From NCBI GenBank assembly GCA_964234715.1, contig OZ174290.1: a DNA stretch of 64,000 nt. One strand, written 5' to 3'. The position numbers and the translations under genes are program-made. The notes under the pieces are model-generated. The model was not told the DNA's origin, ran no database searches, and worked only from the letters and a program-made list of their open reading frames with translations. Positions 1 to 12,679 of the stretch are shown here, one piece after another (positions within the stretch are counted from its first letter, which is position 1; each line of letters opens with the position of its first letter). This stretch comes from Podarcis melisellensis. Its lineage: Eukaryota.

Positions 1-1627
1 TGAATACAGATTTTTTATTTAGTTTAAAAAATAATATGAAAAAAGTTTCTGTGGTTAGCTGGCTTACCCTTTGGAGTGCATGGGGAATGCTGAACATGGC
101 TGCTTATTTCTTCCACTTGCCCAGCCCCACCCCCTTCCTTTATTTTTTCACAGGTTACAACAAAACAAGGAGAGGGAGAGCAAATGTGATGTAGGTGTGC
201 ACCCTCTTATTTTGTTATTGCAAGAGTGATTTGGACTTACTGCATTCCCAGTATAACTTACATGGGCTGTACTATGCTGGAAGGGTGAACATGTGAAGAA
301 GTTTAATCTTATTCAGTTTGATTGATTCCTACCTCCTAGTATTTATTCATTTACTTACACATGCTGTGACATGTTCCTTATCGCTGCCCAAGGTCCCCAG
401 GATTCTCACAGCCCCAGAGTGAGTCTTATCTCCAAACAGTGAGTCCCTTACTCTTAACATTTGGGTCCACTTCCATAACAAACCTCCTACAGCTCTCCTA
501 CCTCACCACTGGGGTTGCTAGATCCAGATCCAGCTCTTTGTTGTTGCTTCTAACCACCTTTTTGCTAAAGCTGTCCTCATGATCTAACTTTCTTTCTGCC
601 TTCTGCCCCCATGGCTCCAGGCTCCTACCCTCTTTGCCCAGGACTGTCTCAGCCACGTCTGAGGATCAGACCTGCATAGCCAAAGAGATTCCCCACCCCG
701 GGTTTTTAGGAGAGGAAGGTGGATGTCATCAAAGGGACATGCTCTCCATCAAGGCTGTTGGTTGAAATCAATCATATTTAACAGCCTAAGGTATTTAGGG
801 AACAAAGAATCTGATTTCCTTTCAATACATTACTAAGTGTACCAGCTTATTCCACAGATGTTCTATTACTGTTTCTACACTAGACATTTATGGTATCTGC
901 AGGTAGTCGACAGACAGTTTAGGCTTGGGATGGGTTTTCTTTGCTGAACCTTTATTGTCTGAGTGAGCTTTAGATATGAAAGCAATAACATATTTCCTCC
1001 ACTTTATTTATTTACCACATCGCTGACGGGCTTCTCCTGCTGAGGTGCACACATATTACTTTATGAAGGCCGGGGGCAAAAGCTGTCATTTAGTCCAGAA
1101 TGCAAAGCAAGAGATTTGGTCTAAAACAAAAAACAGTGGTGTATAACTAGATTATTTCATTCTATTTGAGACATGAATCAGAGCACTGGGCGACAGCTTT
1201 CGCAGCTGAAGCTGTGAATATGTTCATGTAGCTCCGTTTGTGTGTCTGTTCCAGGAGGATGTGGAGCATCAATTTTAGGTTGAAATGGGATGTTACAAGA
1301 GTCATCAAGAACCCACTGCCTAGAATCACTTCTCTGCTATTTCTTGTAATGTCTACTGTAACATTGTGCAAGCACTGAGAGCCCTGCATAATTCCTTCAA
1401 ATTGAGAACTCGGGTGGTTGAGTGTCGACACTATTGCATGCAGAATGGCAGTACCGATAAATAAGAGGCAGGGATTAGCATGCCTGGGAGAATTCTGAGG
1501 TATGCAAAAGTACTAAATATTAGGAGGAAAAACCAAAGCAAATGCACACCATGCATGCTCAGTGGTTTCAAGGAGCCACAGAATGTTGGATGTCAATTGT
1601 GCAATTCTGTTAAGAGGTAACTATCCT

Positions 1628-1963
1628 GACGTGGGTGGCACTGTGGGTTAAACCACAGAGCCTAGGACTTGCCGATCAGAAGGTTGACGGTTCGAATCCC
1701 CACGACGGTTGCTCAGTCCCTGCTCCTGCCAACCTAGCAGTTTGAAAGCCTGAAGTGCAAGTAGATAAATAAGTACTGCTCCGGCGGGAAGGTAAACAGC
1801 GTTTCTGTGCACTGCTCTGGTTCGCCAAAAGCGGCTTAGACATGCTGGCCACATGACCCGGAAGCTGTATGCCGGCTCCCTCAGCCAATAAAGCGAGATG
1901 AGTGCCGCAACCCCAGAGTTGTCCATGATTGGACCTAATGGCCAGGGGCCCCTTTACCTTTAC
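1628..1963 (+). mobile_element. Sauria SINE
   Basis: tRNA-like head GACGTGGGTGGCACTGTGGGTTAAACC...GGTTCGAATCC, body CTCCTGCCAACCTAGCAG, (TTTACC)n tail. Confidence 0.93.
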
Positions 1964-3900
1964 GTATACTGTTCCAGGTCCCACTTCTCCTCTGTCTCCC
2001 CTATGATACAAACTAATGGGATGTATCTAATGCTCTTGTGCTAGCAGATGGGTGGGTTTTAAAACTGTGCAGCAGAGGAAACCAAGTCACCAGCTGTGCC
2101 AGCAGAAACTAATTGCACAACAGATTGAGCAACCAAGTCACCAGCAACCTACACATGCATTCTCTTGCTCAACAACTTTCCCCTGGTGCCAAACATTACA
2201 CCAGCAGAACAAGGATAGGACTTTAACTAAGTGATTTTAACTTGGCGCTACCTTGGATACAGACCAATTTTTTTATTTTAACAGATTGTCTTAATTTGCT
2301 TTAAACCTTAGCTGTATCGTGCACAGTTCTTTATTTAAAATCCTATTCATTGCCATTCCCTGTCGCCTGAAAGATGAGCATTGCTCCTATTTTCTTCACA
2401 GACCTTGATTTTGACATTCTTCAGATTATAATATCATTGAATCACCCAAGTCTATAATTCTGGGGAAACCAGTCAGGCCAGTAAGGAAACCACTTAACAA
2501 TAATAGGCCAGAGCAGGTCATATAGTATTTCCTTATTTATTTATTTTTTAAAAAGCATTCAAAAGCCACTTGCTCACTGGTCAGAGCAGAAGAGGATTCT
2601 CATAATGATTTGGAACAGGATCACCAATAGTCAACAAACAAGTCTGAGGAAGGTACAATAAGAAGCCCTAAACCCAACTCTTCAGCAACGGTGGAAAGAC
2701 TGTTCTTTATACTTATTAGCACAATTGCAGGGACTATTTTTGTATTGTATCACCTGCCAACCTTCGCTTAATAAACAAGAGGCACTCCTCATCTCAAGGG
2801 AGGTTCTGCAGCTATCTCTCTTATCAAATAAGACTTCGCTGCGAATTTTGACTCAGATGACATCAGGGATCTTTCATCCTTCCTCTAGAAAAAAAAACCT
2901 CCATCATTCAAATTGCCATCTTGACAGCTTGCTAGGAGTGTGTGTGTGTGTGTTTGTGTCTCCATCCCACATTACAGGCGCAAAAAAAAAAAAAAAGGCA
3001 TTTTCAGAGATGTTGAGGCCTGGAGAGTTTATAGCACCCATGTGCCACTAAATTCTTACACTGCCATATATCTACGTGTCTTTTGATTTATAATCCACTC
3101 TTTCCACATAGGCTCAGAGCAAGCAGCAACATTATAAAAACAAGCTAACACCATAAAATTAGTGATGGGCGAATTCCCCTTGGCTTGCCTCAAAACACAT
3201 TTTTTAGAGCTTTCTGAGACATTTTTTTTTTAAAAAAAAGCTTTAAGGTTTCCCCCCCGCAAGTATTGTCAAGGAAAGCTTAGAGGAAAACGAATGAACA
3301 ATGGAGGGCACACCCCTTCCTTTTGAGCTGCTTGTACCCTCCTCATAAACAGCACCTCCATCTTTCAGAAGGGAGGAGGAGTAAGCAGTGCTGAGGAGAG
3401 CTTGCTAGAAAGAAGGGAAGCATTTTCAACCTCTCTTTATATGAAACAGACACCCCCAGGCATGTTCAAAAGTGTTACTTCCTTCAGGTAATGTGGGGAT
3501 TGGAAATTGCTCTGCCTCCAGATTCAGACTCTGTTTTGAGCCAGAGCCACATCATATCCCTCAACTGTCCTGTTTTAAGTGGGACATCCCAGAATGAAAG
3601 AAGCTATCCTGGCTTCTGATTGGATCCTGGAATGTCCTGTATTTTGGTCCAGTGCTCTGGTGCGAGTCAGCTGGCTCACACCAGAGCACCGGACCAAAAA
3701 AACCTTCATTTGTTTGTTTTTTGTCTTGCCCTTTTGTGTGAATCAGCTAGCTCCCATGAGAGCTCAGGACCAAAAAAGGAGCAGGTTGTTGGAGGTTATG
3801 CCACATTTGAAAAGATCTGGGTGTCTGCTTCTAGACAATGAAAAGGATACTAGTCCAAGTATGGTTATATGCTAGGAAGGGATGGGAAAATTTGTAAATA

Positions 3901-4113
3901 CAGGGGTATGAACGGGATCCGTTTTGGAGGCCCGTTCACAACATGAAAAGAATGCAACCCATGTCTGCGCGTATGCGCATGACATCATTTTGCACGTCTG
4001 CGCATGCACAAGTGACGAAACCCGGAAGTAACCCTTTCCGGTACTTCCAGGTCACCACGGGATGTATCCTGAAAGAGCATAACATGAAGCGGATGTAACA
4101 TGAGGTATGACTG
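3901..4113. mobile_element. Tigger-like MITE (CCGGAAGT-containing family)
   Basis: TA flanks; right TIR GAGGTATGACTG; left end partly deleted. Confidence 0.72.
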
Positions 4114-4351
4114 TATCAGTTTCTCATTTTTCCAAGCTTAGGTTTCGTTCTCCACATCACTTTGCAATTTTTAAAAAAGTCCTCATGAAAATTCACCAGC
4201 ATTTTAGGGCAAACGACCCCTAATGTACACATTTTTGTGCAATTTTTCCTAATACACACTTTTGCAAAGCAATTGCATCTAATATAAACCTAAGAGCTTG
4301 CTGGAGCAGTCCAATAGACCATCTAGTCTAACATCTTGTTCTCACAGTGGC

Positions 4352-4603
4352 AGAAGAAGAAGAAGAAGAGTTTGGATTTGATATCCTGCTTTATCACTAC
4401 CTTAAGGAGTCTCAAAGCAGCTAACATTCTCCTTTCCCTTCCTCCCCCACAACAAACACTCTGTGAGGTGAGTGGGGCTGAGAGACTTCAGAGAAGTGTG
4501 ACTAGCCCAAGGTCACCCAGCAGCTGCATGTGGAGGAGCGGGGAATCAAACCTGGTTCACCAGATTACGAGTCTATCGCTCTTAACCACTACACCACACT
4601 GGC
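4352..4603 (-). mobile_element. tRNA-derived SINE, Squam3-like
   Basis: Minus-strand head GCCAGTGTGGTGTAGTGGTTAAGAGCG...GGTTTGATTCCCC and a (TTC)n tail. Confidence 0.82.
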
Positions 4604-5810
4604 CACTCGAACGCCTGCTGAAATCCCACAAGCAGGACCAGAACACAAAAAGCATTCTTCCTTACTGTGGCTTCCAGCAACTCACTCACTGAGCTATGGT
4701 TCTTCTCTGTATTTACAGCCTTTCTCCCAGATGATGGAGAACTGGGAAGCTGGATACCTGGGTCAAGATGCTGTACCTGAGGTGAAATGGGATTAGATTC
4801 AGGTGGGCTTTTTGTGCTTACGTATTTTAAACCTCCAGAAAGGTGAATTGCTTATAGCACGGATGAGAACCAATTTAGAATATAAACACAAACTTTAAAA
4901 ATTACACTATTAAAATAACATTAAGTCTCTTCATTAGAATACTGTACATGTGCAAGTGCACGCACACACTTTGATACCCAGTGAAAACACGGAAACTATA
5001 CTGAGCATGAGTCACCACCAGACAAGTGTTCAGACCTAACTAAAATATATGTATTAGCTGTGACCGCTCACTCTAAAGTATCAGAAATTTCACAAGAAGC
5101 TTTCCATTACTATGCTGAAATTAATCTGAAACCACTACGTTTGCCAAAGAATGCATCATGCTTCAGAGGTGGGAATCTGGATCTCATTTGTTCTGACTAG
5201 TAATATGTAGAGATGAGCAGATTATCCTCCGTTTCTTCTTCTTGATCTTTCCTACCAGAAATTCAGCTTATCCACAAAAAAATCATAAACTTAATTTTCG
5301 AAATGCGCCGAGTTCCTTCAGCTCATTTCAGACTTTTTGCCCATCGACACTGATGCATATTGCTGAAGCACTCTGCAAACAAACAAATCCTATTGATGGG
5401 ATTGCTTATATTATGGGTGAGGAACCTTGTTTGTTCCATGGGCCAGATCCTTATTGGGCTCAGCCTCATAGGCCAAATTTAGCAGGTGGATGGGATCACC
5501 CACCTGGCAATCACATGACATCACAATAATGTCATGTGCATGACACTTTCAAGTGCCAAAGTTGGGACTTCAAAACACCTTGCAAGGCACTGTTAAAAAG
5601 AAGGCTTTATTCCCTTGTTTTAGCAGGGGTTTCCATGGATCCCCTCCTGAAGTGATGGTAAAATACCCTCTTTTTCAGCACACCTTCTTCCGATTCAAGG
5701 AGGAGTACATCTGAGATTTGTCTGCAGAATGGGCCCCAACCATTGTTTTAGCAGGGGATCCTACGCTGGTTTTCATGGAATTCATAGAATTCCCTGCTAA
5801 AACAATGATC

Positions 5811-6179
5811 AAGGTAAAGGTAAAGGTACCCCTGACCATTAGGTCCAGAAGCGGATAACTCTGGGGTTGCGGTGCTCATCTTGCTTTACTGGCCAAGGGA
5901 GCCGGTGTTTGTCAGCAGACAATTTTTCTGGGTGATGTGGCCAGCATGACTAAGCCGCTTCTGGCAAAACCAGAGCAGCGCACGGAAACGCCGTTTACCT
6001 TCCCGCCGGAGTGGTACCTATTTATCTACTTGCACTCTGATGTGCTTTCAAACTGCTAGGTTGGCAGGAACAGGGACCGAGCAATGGGAGCTCACCCCTT
6101 CGTGGGGATTCGAACTGCCCAACCTTCTGATTGGCAAGCCCTAGGCTCAGTGGTTTAGACCACAGCACCACCCATGTCC
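5811..6179 (-). mobile_element. Sauria SINE
   Basis: Reverse complement of the same consensus; (AAGGTA)n at the left end; flanked by degenerate TSD TAAAACAATG. Confidence 0.93.
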
Positions 6180-7101
6180 GTTAAAACAATGGTTAAAACC
6201 CCTCAATTTCTGATGCACAACCCTCCCTAAACAAGGAAGGAGTCCTATTTGGAATCCTCTGCTAAAAAGAGGGTTCTTATGATTATAGCAGGAGATCTCA
6301 CACACACAACTTTACATGGAAACACCACAATAGTTAAAAATCCCTCTGTTTCCACAGGCACTTCTGTTGCACACCCCTTCCTGATTCAGGGAGGCACATG
6401 CTTTAGAATTCCCCACTATGGGGGCAGGTTCCCATCATTTTAGCAGGAGATTCCATGCAGGCTTGCATGGAAACTTCTTCTAAAATGATGGAGGGAACCT
6501 TCTGTTTTAGCAGGGAATTTCAATGCATGGGATCCTGCAGAACTGAGCAGGATTTAAACCTTCCCTAGTGCCCGTCTGATGATGTCAAGAGCAGGTGGGT
6601 GTGGTTTGAGGAAAACAGCTTTGCAGGCCAAGTTAGACCCCTCTGGCGGGAGGAAAAGTGATATACAAATGTATTAAGTAAGTAAATAATGTAGGAGCAT
6701 GTGAACTGCACGAACTGAAAGCTCCACCAAACTCTACAAACTCTGCAAATAGTAATAATATCAATTTAGCCCTATAAATAATAGCTTCAGCCCTAAAAAT
6801 CAGTGAACTATATGTGCTCCCTATTGAAAAAGATCTCAAAATCTTTTCTCTGGTGTGTTTGAATATTTTTCCATCAGCAGTTCTTGAGTGGAGGTTCCAT
6901 GAAAACCCCTACTGTCAAAGTCCCTGTGAATCTGGAGAGGTGCAATTGATAGCTCATGTTCTTATGTAATGCTCTTTTTATCATGATAAATATAATATTT
7001 TTACTCAATGATTTTTATGGAAAACCCCAGGACAATCAGATACATTTTTATCCTTTTCGACTCCTTTCAAATCAGAAGGCATCCATCTCTTTCAGGGTGT
7101 C

Positions 7102-7517
7102 TGTCAGGGAACTGCCATCAGTGCCGGAGGGAGAGAGCAAAATCCAGAGGGATTCCAGAGAGCGTCCCGGGATTGGGAGAGGCAGCCCATCTTCTGGGGA
7201 AGAGAATCAGCGTAGCACCAGTGGAGAAGGGGGGCAGATGGGGAAGCGGCGAGGTGGTCCCATGACTCCTTGCCGGGGACCAGCGGGGAGAGTAGGGGTC
7301 CTCCGCTGCCTACGCCCTCCTTGCGCAGAAGGCTTTTGCGCAGAGAGAGTAGGAGGAGACTAGGCGTCAAAGAGTTTCTTTGCTGGAAGAAGTTTAAGAA
7401 ACGCCCACTGACGGATTCTGCCAGCGATTGAGACAGCCACGGGTGAGTGGCTGTCCGGACAGAAAAGGTTCACTCAGGCAACCGGCTTACGCACGAGCAA
7501 CCCCTAGAACCATTACA
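7102..7517 (+). mobile_element. Solo LTR (probably Ty3/Gypsy type)
   Basis: TGTCAGG...ATTACA termini; perfect 5-bp TSD GTGTC at 7097-7101 and 7518-7522; homologous to 17746-18172. Confidence 0.9.
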
Positions 7518-7859
7518 GTGTCTAAACATTGTGCTGCTGCATATAAAAAACCCCAGGGGTTAATTTTTGCAAACCTACAGTTTTGTTTTCTATGCCTGGC
7601 ATTCTATAGTACGATACAGTTATTAGTAATTATACTGTTATGGTTTTCTATTATGTTTTGTTTGGTATTCTTTTATATATGGGTATGAAGTTTCTTTTTG
7701 AATAATTGATTGTGGTCCCTTCCAACTATACAATTCTTTGAATCTATGATTCCGTGTCACTGACCATAGTAAAGAGATCGATTGACTGAATAAGTTGAAT
7801 CAGAATCAGAATAAAATGGGAGGATTCCTATTTCATCATGTCCTGTATAGGAACAAAAC

Positions 7860-8480
7860 AAGCGCTGGTTTTGACATACAAAGCCTTAAACAGCTGAGGA
7901 CCTCAATACCTCAAAGACCAACTCTCTCCATATGAAACTACCTGGACCTTGAGATTATCATCTGAGGTCCTTCTTCATGTGCCTCCTCCATAAGAGGTCT
8001 GGAGGTTGGCAACATGAGAACAGGTCTTTTCTGCAGTAGCTCCCCATTAGGCCTTTGTGTGATTAACTTTCTATACCCTTTAAAATATGTTCGTGTGAGA
8101 GGGAGAAGAATTATTGGTTTGTTTTGTTCTTATTAGATGCTCTCATACCTTGGAAGTTGAACTGAATCCATTCCGGAAGTCCGTTTGACTTCCAAAATGT
8201 TCGGATACCAAGGTGTGGATTCCGATTGGCTGCAGGAAGCTCCTGCAGCCAATCGGAACCCACGGAACCTGCATCGGATGTTCGGGTTCCAAAAAACGTT
8301 TGCAAACTGGAACACTCACTTCTGGGTTTGCGGCATTCAGGAGCCAAAACGTTCGATTCACAAGGCGTTCAACTTCTGAGGTGCGATTGTATTTAATATT
8401 TCTTATCTTGTCTTTTTATGTTTTGAACCACCCTGAGATCTATGGATGAAGGGCGGTATACAAATTTAATAAAAAAATAA
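7860..8480 (+). mobile_element. L2-type LINE 3' fragment interrupted by a MITE
   Basis: AAAGCCTTAAACAGCTGAGGACCTCAATACCTCAAAGACC... and tail GAAGGGCGGTATACAAATTTAATAAA. Similar tails near 43070-43250 and 55500-55655. Confidence 0.62.
8139..8389. mobile_element. Tigger-like MITE with internal palindrome
   Basis: CATACCTTGGAAGTTGAAC / GTTCAACTTCTGAGGTGCG ends; internal hairpin CCGATTGGCTGCAGGA-agc-TCCTGCAGCCAATCGG. Confidence 0.75.
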
Positions 8481-9266
8481 AATAAAAAAAAGAGAATTCC
8501 AGATGCTTCCCTAGTAATGTATGGATGCAAGGCGGGCAGCTTATTCCTTACTGAAAGCATGATGTCTGGGGAGGAGGGTTAGGGATGGAGCAGGGGGTTC
8601 ATTCTAAGAGTCATCTTTGTAGGACACACATTAATCCAATTGACAGGTTTTCTTCTAGGTTTTAAATACAACCACTTAGATGCTGCTAGTAATGTTAATG
8701 ACAGCAATAATCTTCTTCCCTGAAAGGGACAATAATTGCTGTATGAATAATAATCAATATTTAGCTTCTTCTTAAGAGGATTTCTAAAGGCTTTGCACAT
8801 TTTATTGCACTAAGTGTCGCAAAAGTATTAGACCCATTTTATGAGTCGCAGGAGAGTGGGGGAGGAGAGGAGGACTTAACCAAGGCAGGAAAGCAAGCTG
8901 AGCAAAAATCAAGAAGCAATTCCATGGTAGAGCAAGGCTCAGCAGAAACCCTTTCCCTATGTTCTCCTTCTGGGTAACAGAATCGACTACTGAGGCAACA
9001 GAGAGAACGTAAGGAGCACTCACACTTTACATTGTGGGTGCCCTTTGGGCGTGGAGCTACAGTTCCCAGGGAGCTTACTGGCAAAGAGGGGCTGGCTTGC
9101 CTCTCAGTACTAATTTTTGGAGTTTCACACCCAGCCTCAGTAATCAAGTTTCTTGCTGGGAGGTGGGGCCAGTCCCAGTTTAAAAAGGTAGTGGAGCCGA
9201 CAACAGACAGGCAGCCAGCTCTGGAGATTCACCCTCCCTACTCTCCCTTTGTTTAATGTTTTCCAG

Positions 9267-9848
9267 TTTGCAGGTTAACTTTTTCGTCCTGTTTAGCTGG
9301 TGCTGCTACGGTCTTTGACTGGTTGCTGCTGAAGGACCGGGAAGAAATTTTCCTGCGTTGGCAGGTTTTGTCTTCCCTGTAGTAATTAGTCACAACTTTG
9401 GTGGTTTATGGCCTTGGGTGGAATCCTTTAGTCTTTTCTTCCCTATAATGGTGGGGGCATGAAGTGGTGACTCACCCCCCTGTGGCGGCGATTCCAGGGT
9501 CCCTCTCTTAAAGGGGTTATATATATGGATGTCATCAGCCATACACTGGAAGGCTGTCAGTGAACTACCCTACATGGTGCGATATGGGATTGGTTGCCTG
9601 CTACACATACGTCTCGCAGAGCACCCTGATGTTCCCCAGTTCCCCCAGCTGGGGAATACACACCCACCGCCTAAGCCAAGGTCTTCCTACATTCAGAAGT
9701 TTAATAAAGTTGTGGCCTAATTTAATTCCATAACACATTGTCAGAGTCTTTATTCCTTTCCTATGATTTTGTCTTCCCTGTAGCAATTCGTCACAGCTTG
9801 GGCAGTTATGGCCTTGGGTGGAATCCTTTAGTCTTTTCTTCCCTATAT

Positions 9849-9936
<88 letters not shown>

Positions 9937-10311
9937 GGTGACTCACCCCCCTGCAGTGGCGATTCCAGGGTCCCCCTCTTTCTTAATGGGGTTATATATA
10001 TGGGTGTCACTGGCCATACACTGAAAGGTCGTCAGTGAACTACCCTGCGTGCAGGGATATGGGCTTGGCTGTCTGCTACACTTACGTCTCACAGAACACC
10101 CCCATATCCCATTTACCCTGATGAGCCCCAGTTCCTCCCTGGCTTGGGGGCTGTGAGGGATACACGCCCAAGGCCTCAGCCAAGGTCTTTCTACATTCAG
10201 AAGTTTAATAAAGTTGTGGCCTAATTTTAATTCCATATAACGTTGTCAAGAGTCTTTACTCCTTCCTTATGCTCCCTGGGGACTGGGGCTGTCGCCGCCT
10301 GGTCATGCAAT
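9267..10311 (+). mobile_element. Unclassified LTR-like repeat with two tandem units (may extend left to ~8815)
   Basis: 9267-9765 is nearly identical to 15317-15820; a second, more diverged unit starts near 9767; both loci end GGGGCTGTC...GCCTGGTCATGCAATG. Confidence 0.75.
9851..9932. repeat. Compound (TG)n(AG)n microsatellite
   Basis: Read directly from the sequence. Confidence 0.98.
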
Positions 10312-12437
10312 GACTCCACGTGTGTGCTTGCAACCAAAAGGCAAGTCAACAAAATGGACAGCAGGATGACACTGGGATTCACTGCCGCAAGAAATAGTGA
10401 TACCAACTATCTTTAAAAGGGGATTAAACAAATTCATGGAGGATCTTGGCAGGGGCTGGGTGGTCTCCCCCCACCGCCCTCTCTTCACAGAATGTGGCTT
10501 GGCTTATTTTCTGGAGACATCCTAATGCAGCACCATGTTCACACAAACTAAAGTTGGGCAAATATGAGGTTGATCATAGGACCATTTCATCCCATTTTAA
10601 GCATTTTGTGCAGACTTTAAAGAACAACAACCATAAGATGTACATTTTCAATGCTTTTCAGTGCATTCACCCATAAAATAAGCAGAGATTGTAGAAATGC
10701 TTGCTGCACTAAGTTGAATATATATATATATATATATGGGATAGTAAGGGGATGTGCTGGTGTCAGATCAACATCTAAAGCTTAAGAAATTTGATTAGCT
10801 GCCTTATTTCTAGCTGTACTGAGGATTAATTACGTGTATTGCCTGTTGTGCCATAAACCAGCGATTTGTACATGCATGGCAGCAATCTAAACAGTAAAGC
10901 CTTTGGAACGAATCCTCCTTTGAGTCCAGCAACTAGAAGCCAGAGCAGGGAGCTGGATTCCAATCTGTAGGCAAGTTTGGGAACATCTGATTTTGCCGTT
11001 TTTGATGTCAAAAGTGGATCAAACTAATTCCTTCTCCATCCACCACACAGTCAGTGTTTACCAATCTCCGTGCTGGTTCAAACTCCACAACCCCCTCCAG
11101 CAGGTTAGTGATGGGCAGGATTTGGAAATGTGTTGGAAAACACCCCAAGCCTGATAGTCTTACTGTGAAAGGAACTTCTCTTCCCTTCAGCAACCTCTTG
11201 GGTTCAAACGAAGTAACTCTCCTCTTGGGCAACTGAATCCTTCTTCTGCATGCTTATGAAATGGCATGCATTCTGACTGTGGCCAACTCAGAATGGCGCT
11301 GAAGTTTTGAGAGTTCACAAGTTTAAAAAGCCCATGGCGTGCTGTGTAAGATGGCAACTGATCCAAGTGTGGAATATTCCCATCTCCCATACACTGACGC
11401 AACCGCCTTGTTTTCTAAGCTTTTGTTTGATGCCTGCACTGGTCTATTGGATTACCCGGGAGTTAGAAGAAGCTGATAAACAGATAAGAGTCTCCCTCGG
11501 AGAATGAGGCCTGATTACATCTTTCCAAATAAGTGGTTATCATCCCCCAGTTATTCATGCAGCTATGAATTATTGATTGGCTCCCAGCTCATTAAATAGG
11601 AGATCCAAGTAAGGGGGAGGGGAAAATGGGATGAATAGAAATCAGCGGCAGCTCTTAACATCTGTAAGTTGGCGAAATGATGGTAACTCATTACCTCCCT
11701 ATTCAAAGTCCATCAGAGGAGAAGAAGAGAGAGATTGGGAGAGAATGAACAGAACCGTTGTCCATTATCCATTCAACGCAGACACAGGTCTGATTTTTTA
11801 TTGAGAAGCTGTGGCGGTGGAGGCTGGCCTCCTAATTTTTAATCACACACACATAAAAGTTAGCTCTTCCGCTGTTCATTCTGAGTTTCAATTTTTCATA
11901 TACAGTATGTAAAAACTCAGGAGACGTTGCTTCACAAAGCAGTGATCAGGTTAACATTGTGAACATTTGCGCAGGTGGGCAATTCAAGGACAAGATGGCA
12001 AGACCTGACCATTTTCATGTACTAGCAACTGGATCATAACTTCAAAACCCAACATCCTGCAATGTATCTGAGGAGAACAGGCAAGGTTAAGGGGCCACAG
12101 CATTCTGTCCTGGAATGCCTTGCCATGCTGCTTCTTGACCCCCAGGATCTATCCATCTGAGGGGGCAGCCATACTCAGCCAGAGGAATTCACCACTATAT
12201 ACACCAATAATGTTTCATTCAGTTTATGTCAAACTGGAGCTCAGTCTGGGGCTGAACTGTTGCTGAGTGTATCTCCTCAAAATACAGCTTTCACGCTGCA
12301 AACACAGCCTTTTCATTTCTGAAAGCAGGACCAGATGTCTGCAGAGATTTGAATGCTCAAGGCAGGAAACTGAGAATATACAGCAGAGATGGCTAAAATT
12401 ATATCCCACATCTGTCCCCTGCCCCCAATTCAAGATA

Positions 12438-12679
12438 CAGTGGTACCTCGGGTTATATATGCTTCAGGTTACATATGCTTCAGGTTACAGACTCTGCTAA
12501 CCCAGAAATAGTGCTTCAGGTTAAGAACTTTGCTTCAGGTTGAGCACAGAAATCGTGCTCTGGCGGCACGGCAGCATTGGGAGGCCCCATTAGCTAAAGT
12601 GGTGCTTCAGGTTAAGAACAGTTTCAGGTTAACTACAGACCTCCGGAACGAATTAAGTACTTAACCCGAGATGCCACTG
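12438..12679. mobile_element. Tc1/mariner (Tigger/pogo-like) MITE
   Basis: TIR CAGTGGTACCTCGGGTTA; TA on both flanks; repeated CTTCAGGTTA motif. Confidence 0.88.

Noticed and set aside
366-715. Pyrimidine-skewed block starting TGTGAC, possibly an old LTR
   Set aside because: No matching terminus, TSD or second copy in the window.
10826-11400. Unique sequence with several short ORFs, possible exon
   Set aside because: No frame gives a protein I recognise and no clear acceptor/donor pair was found.
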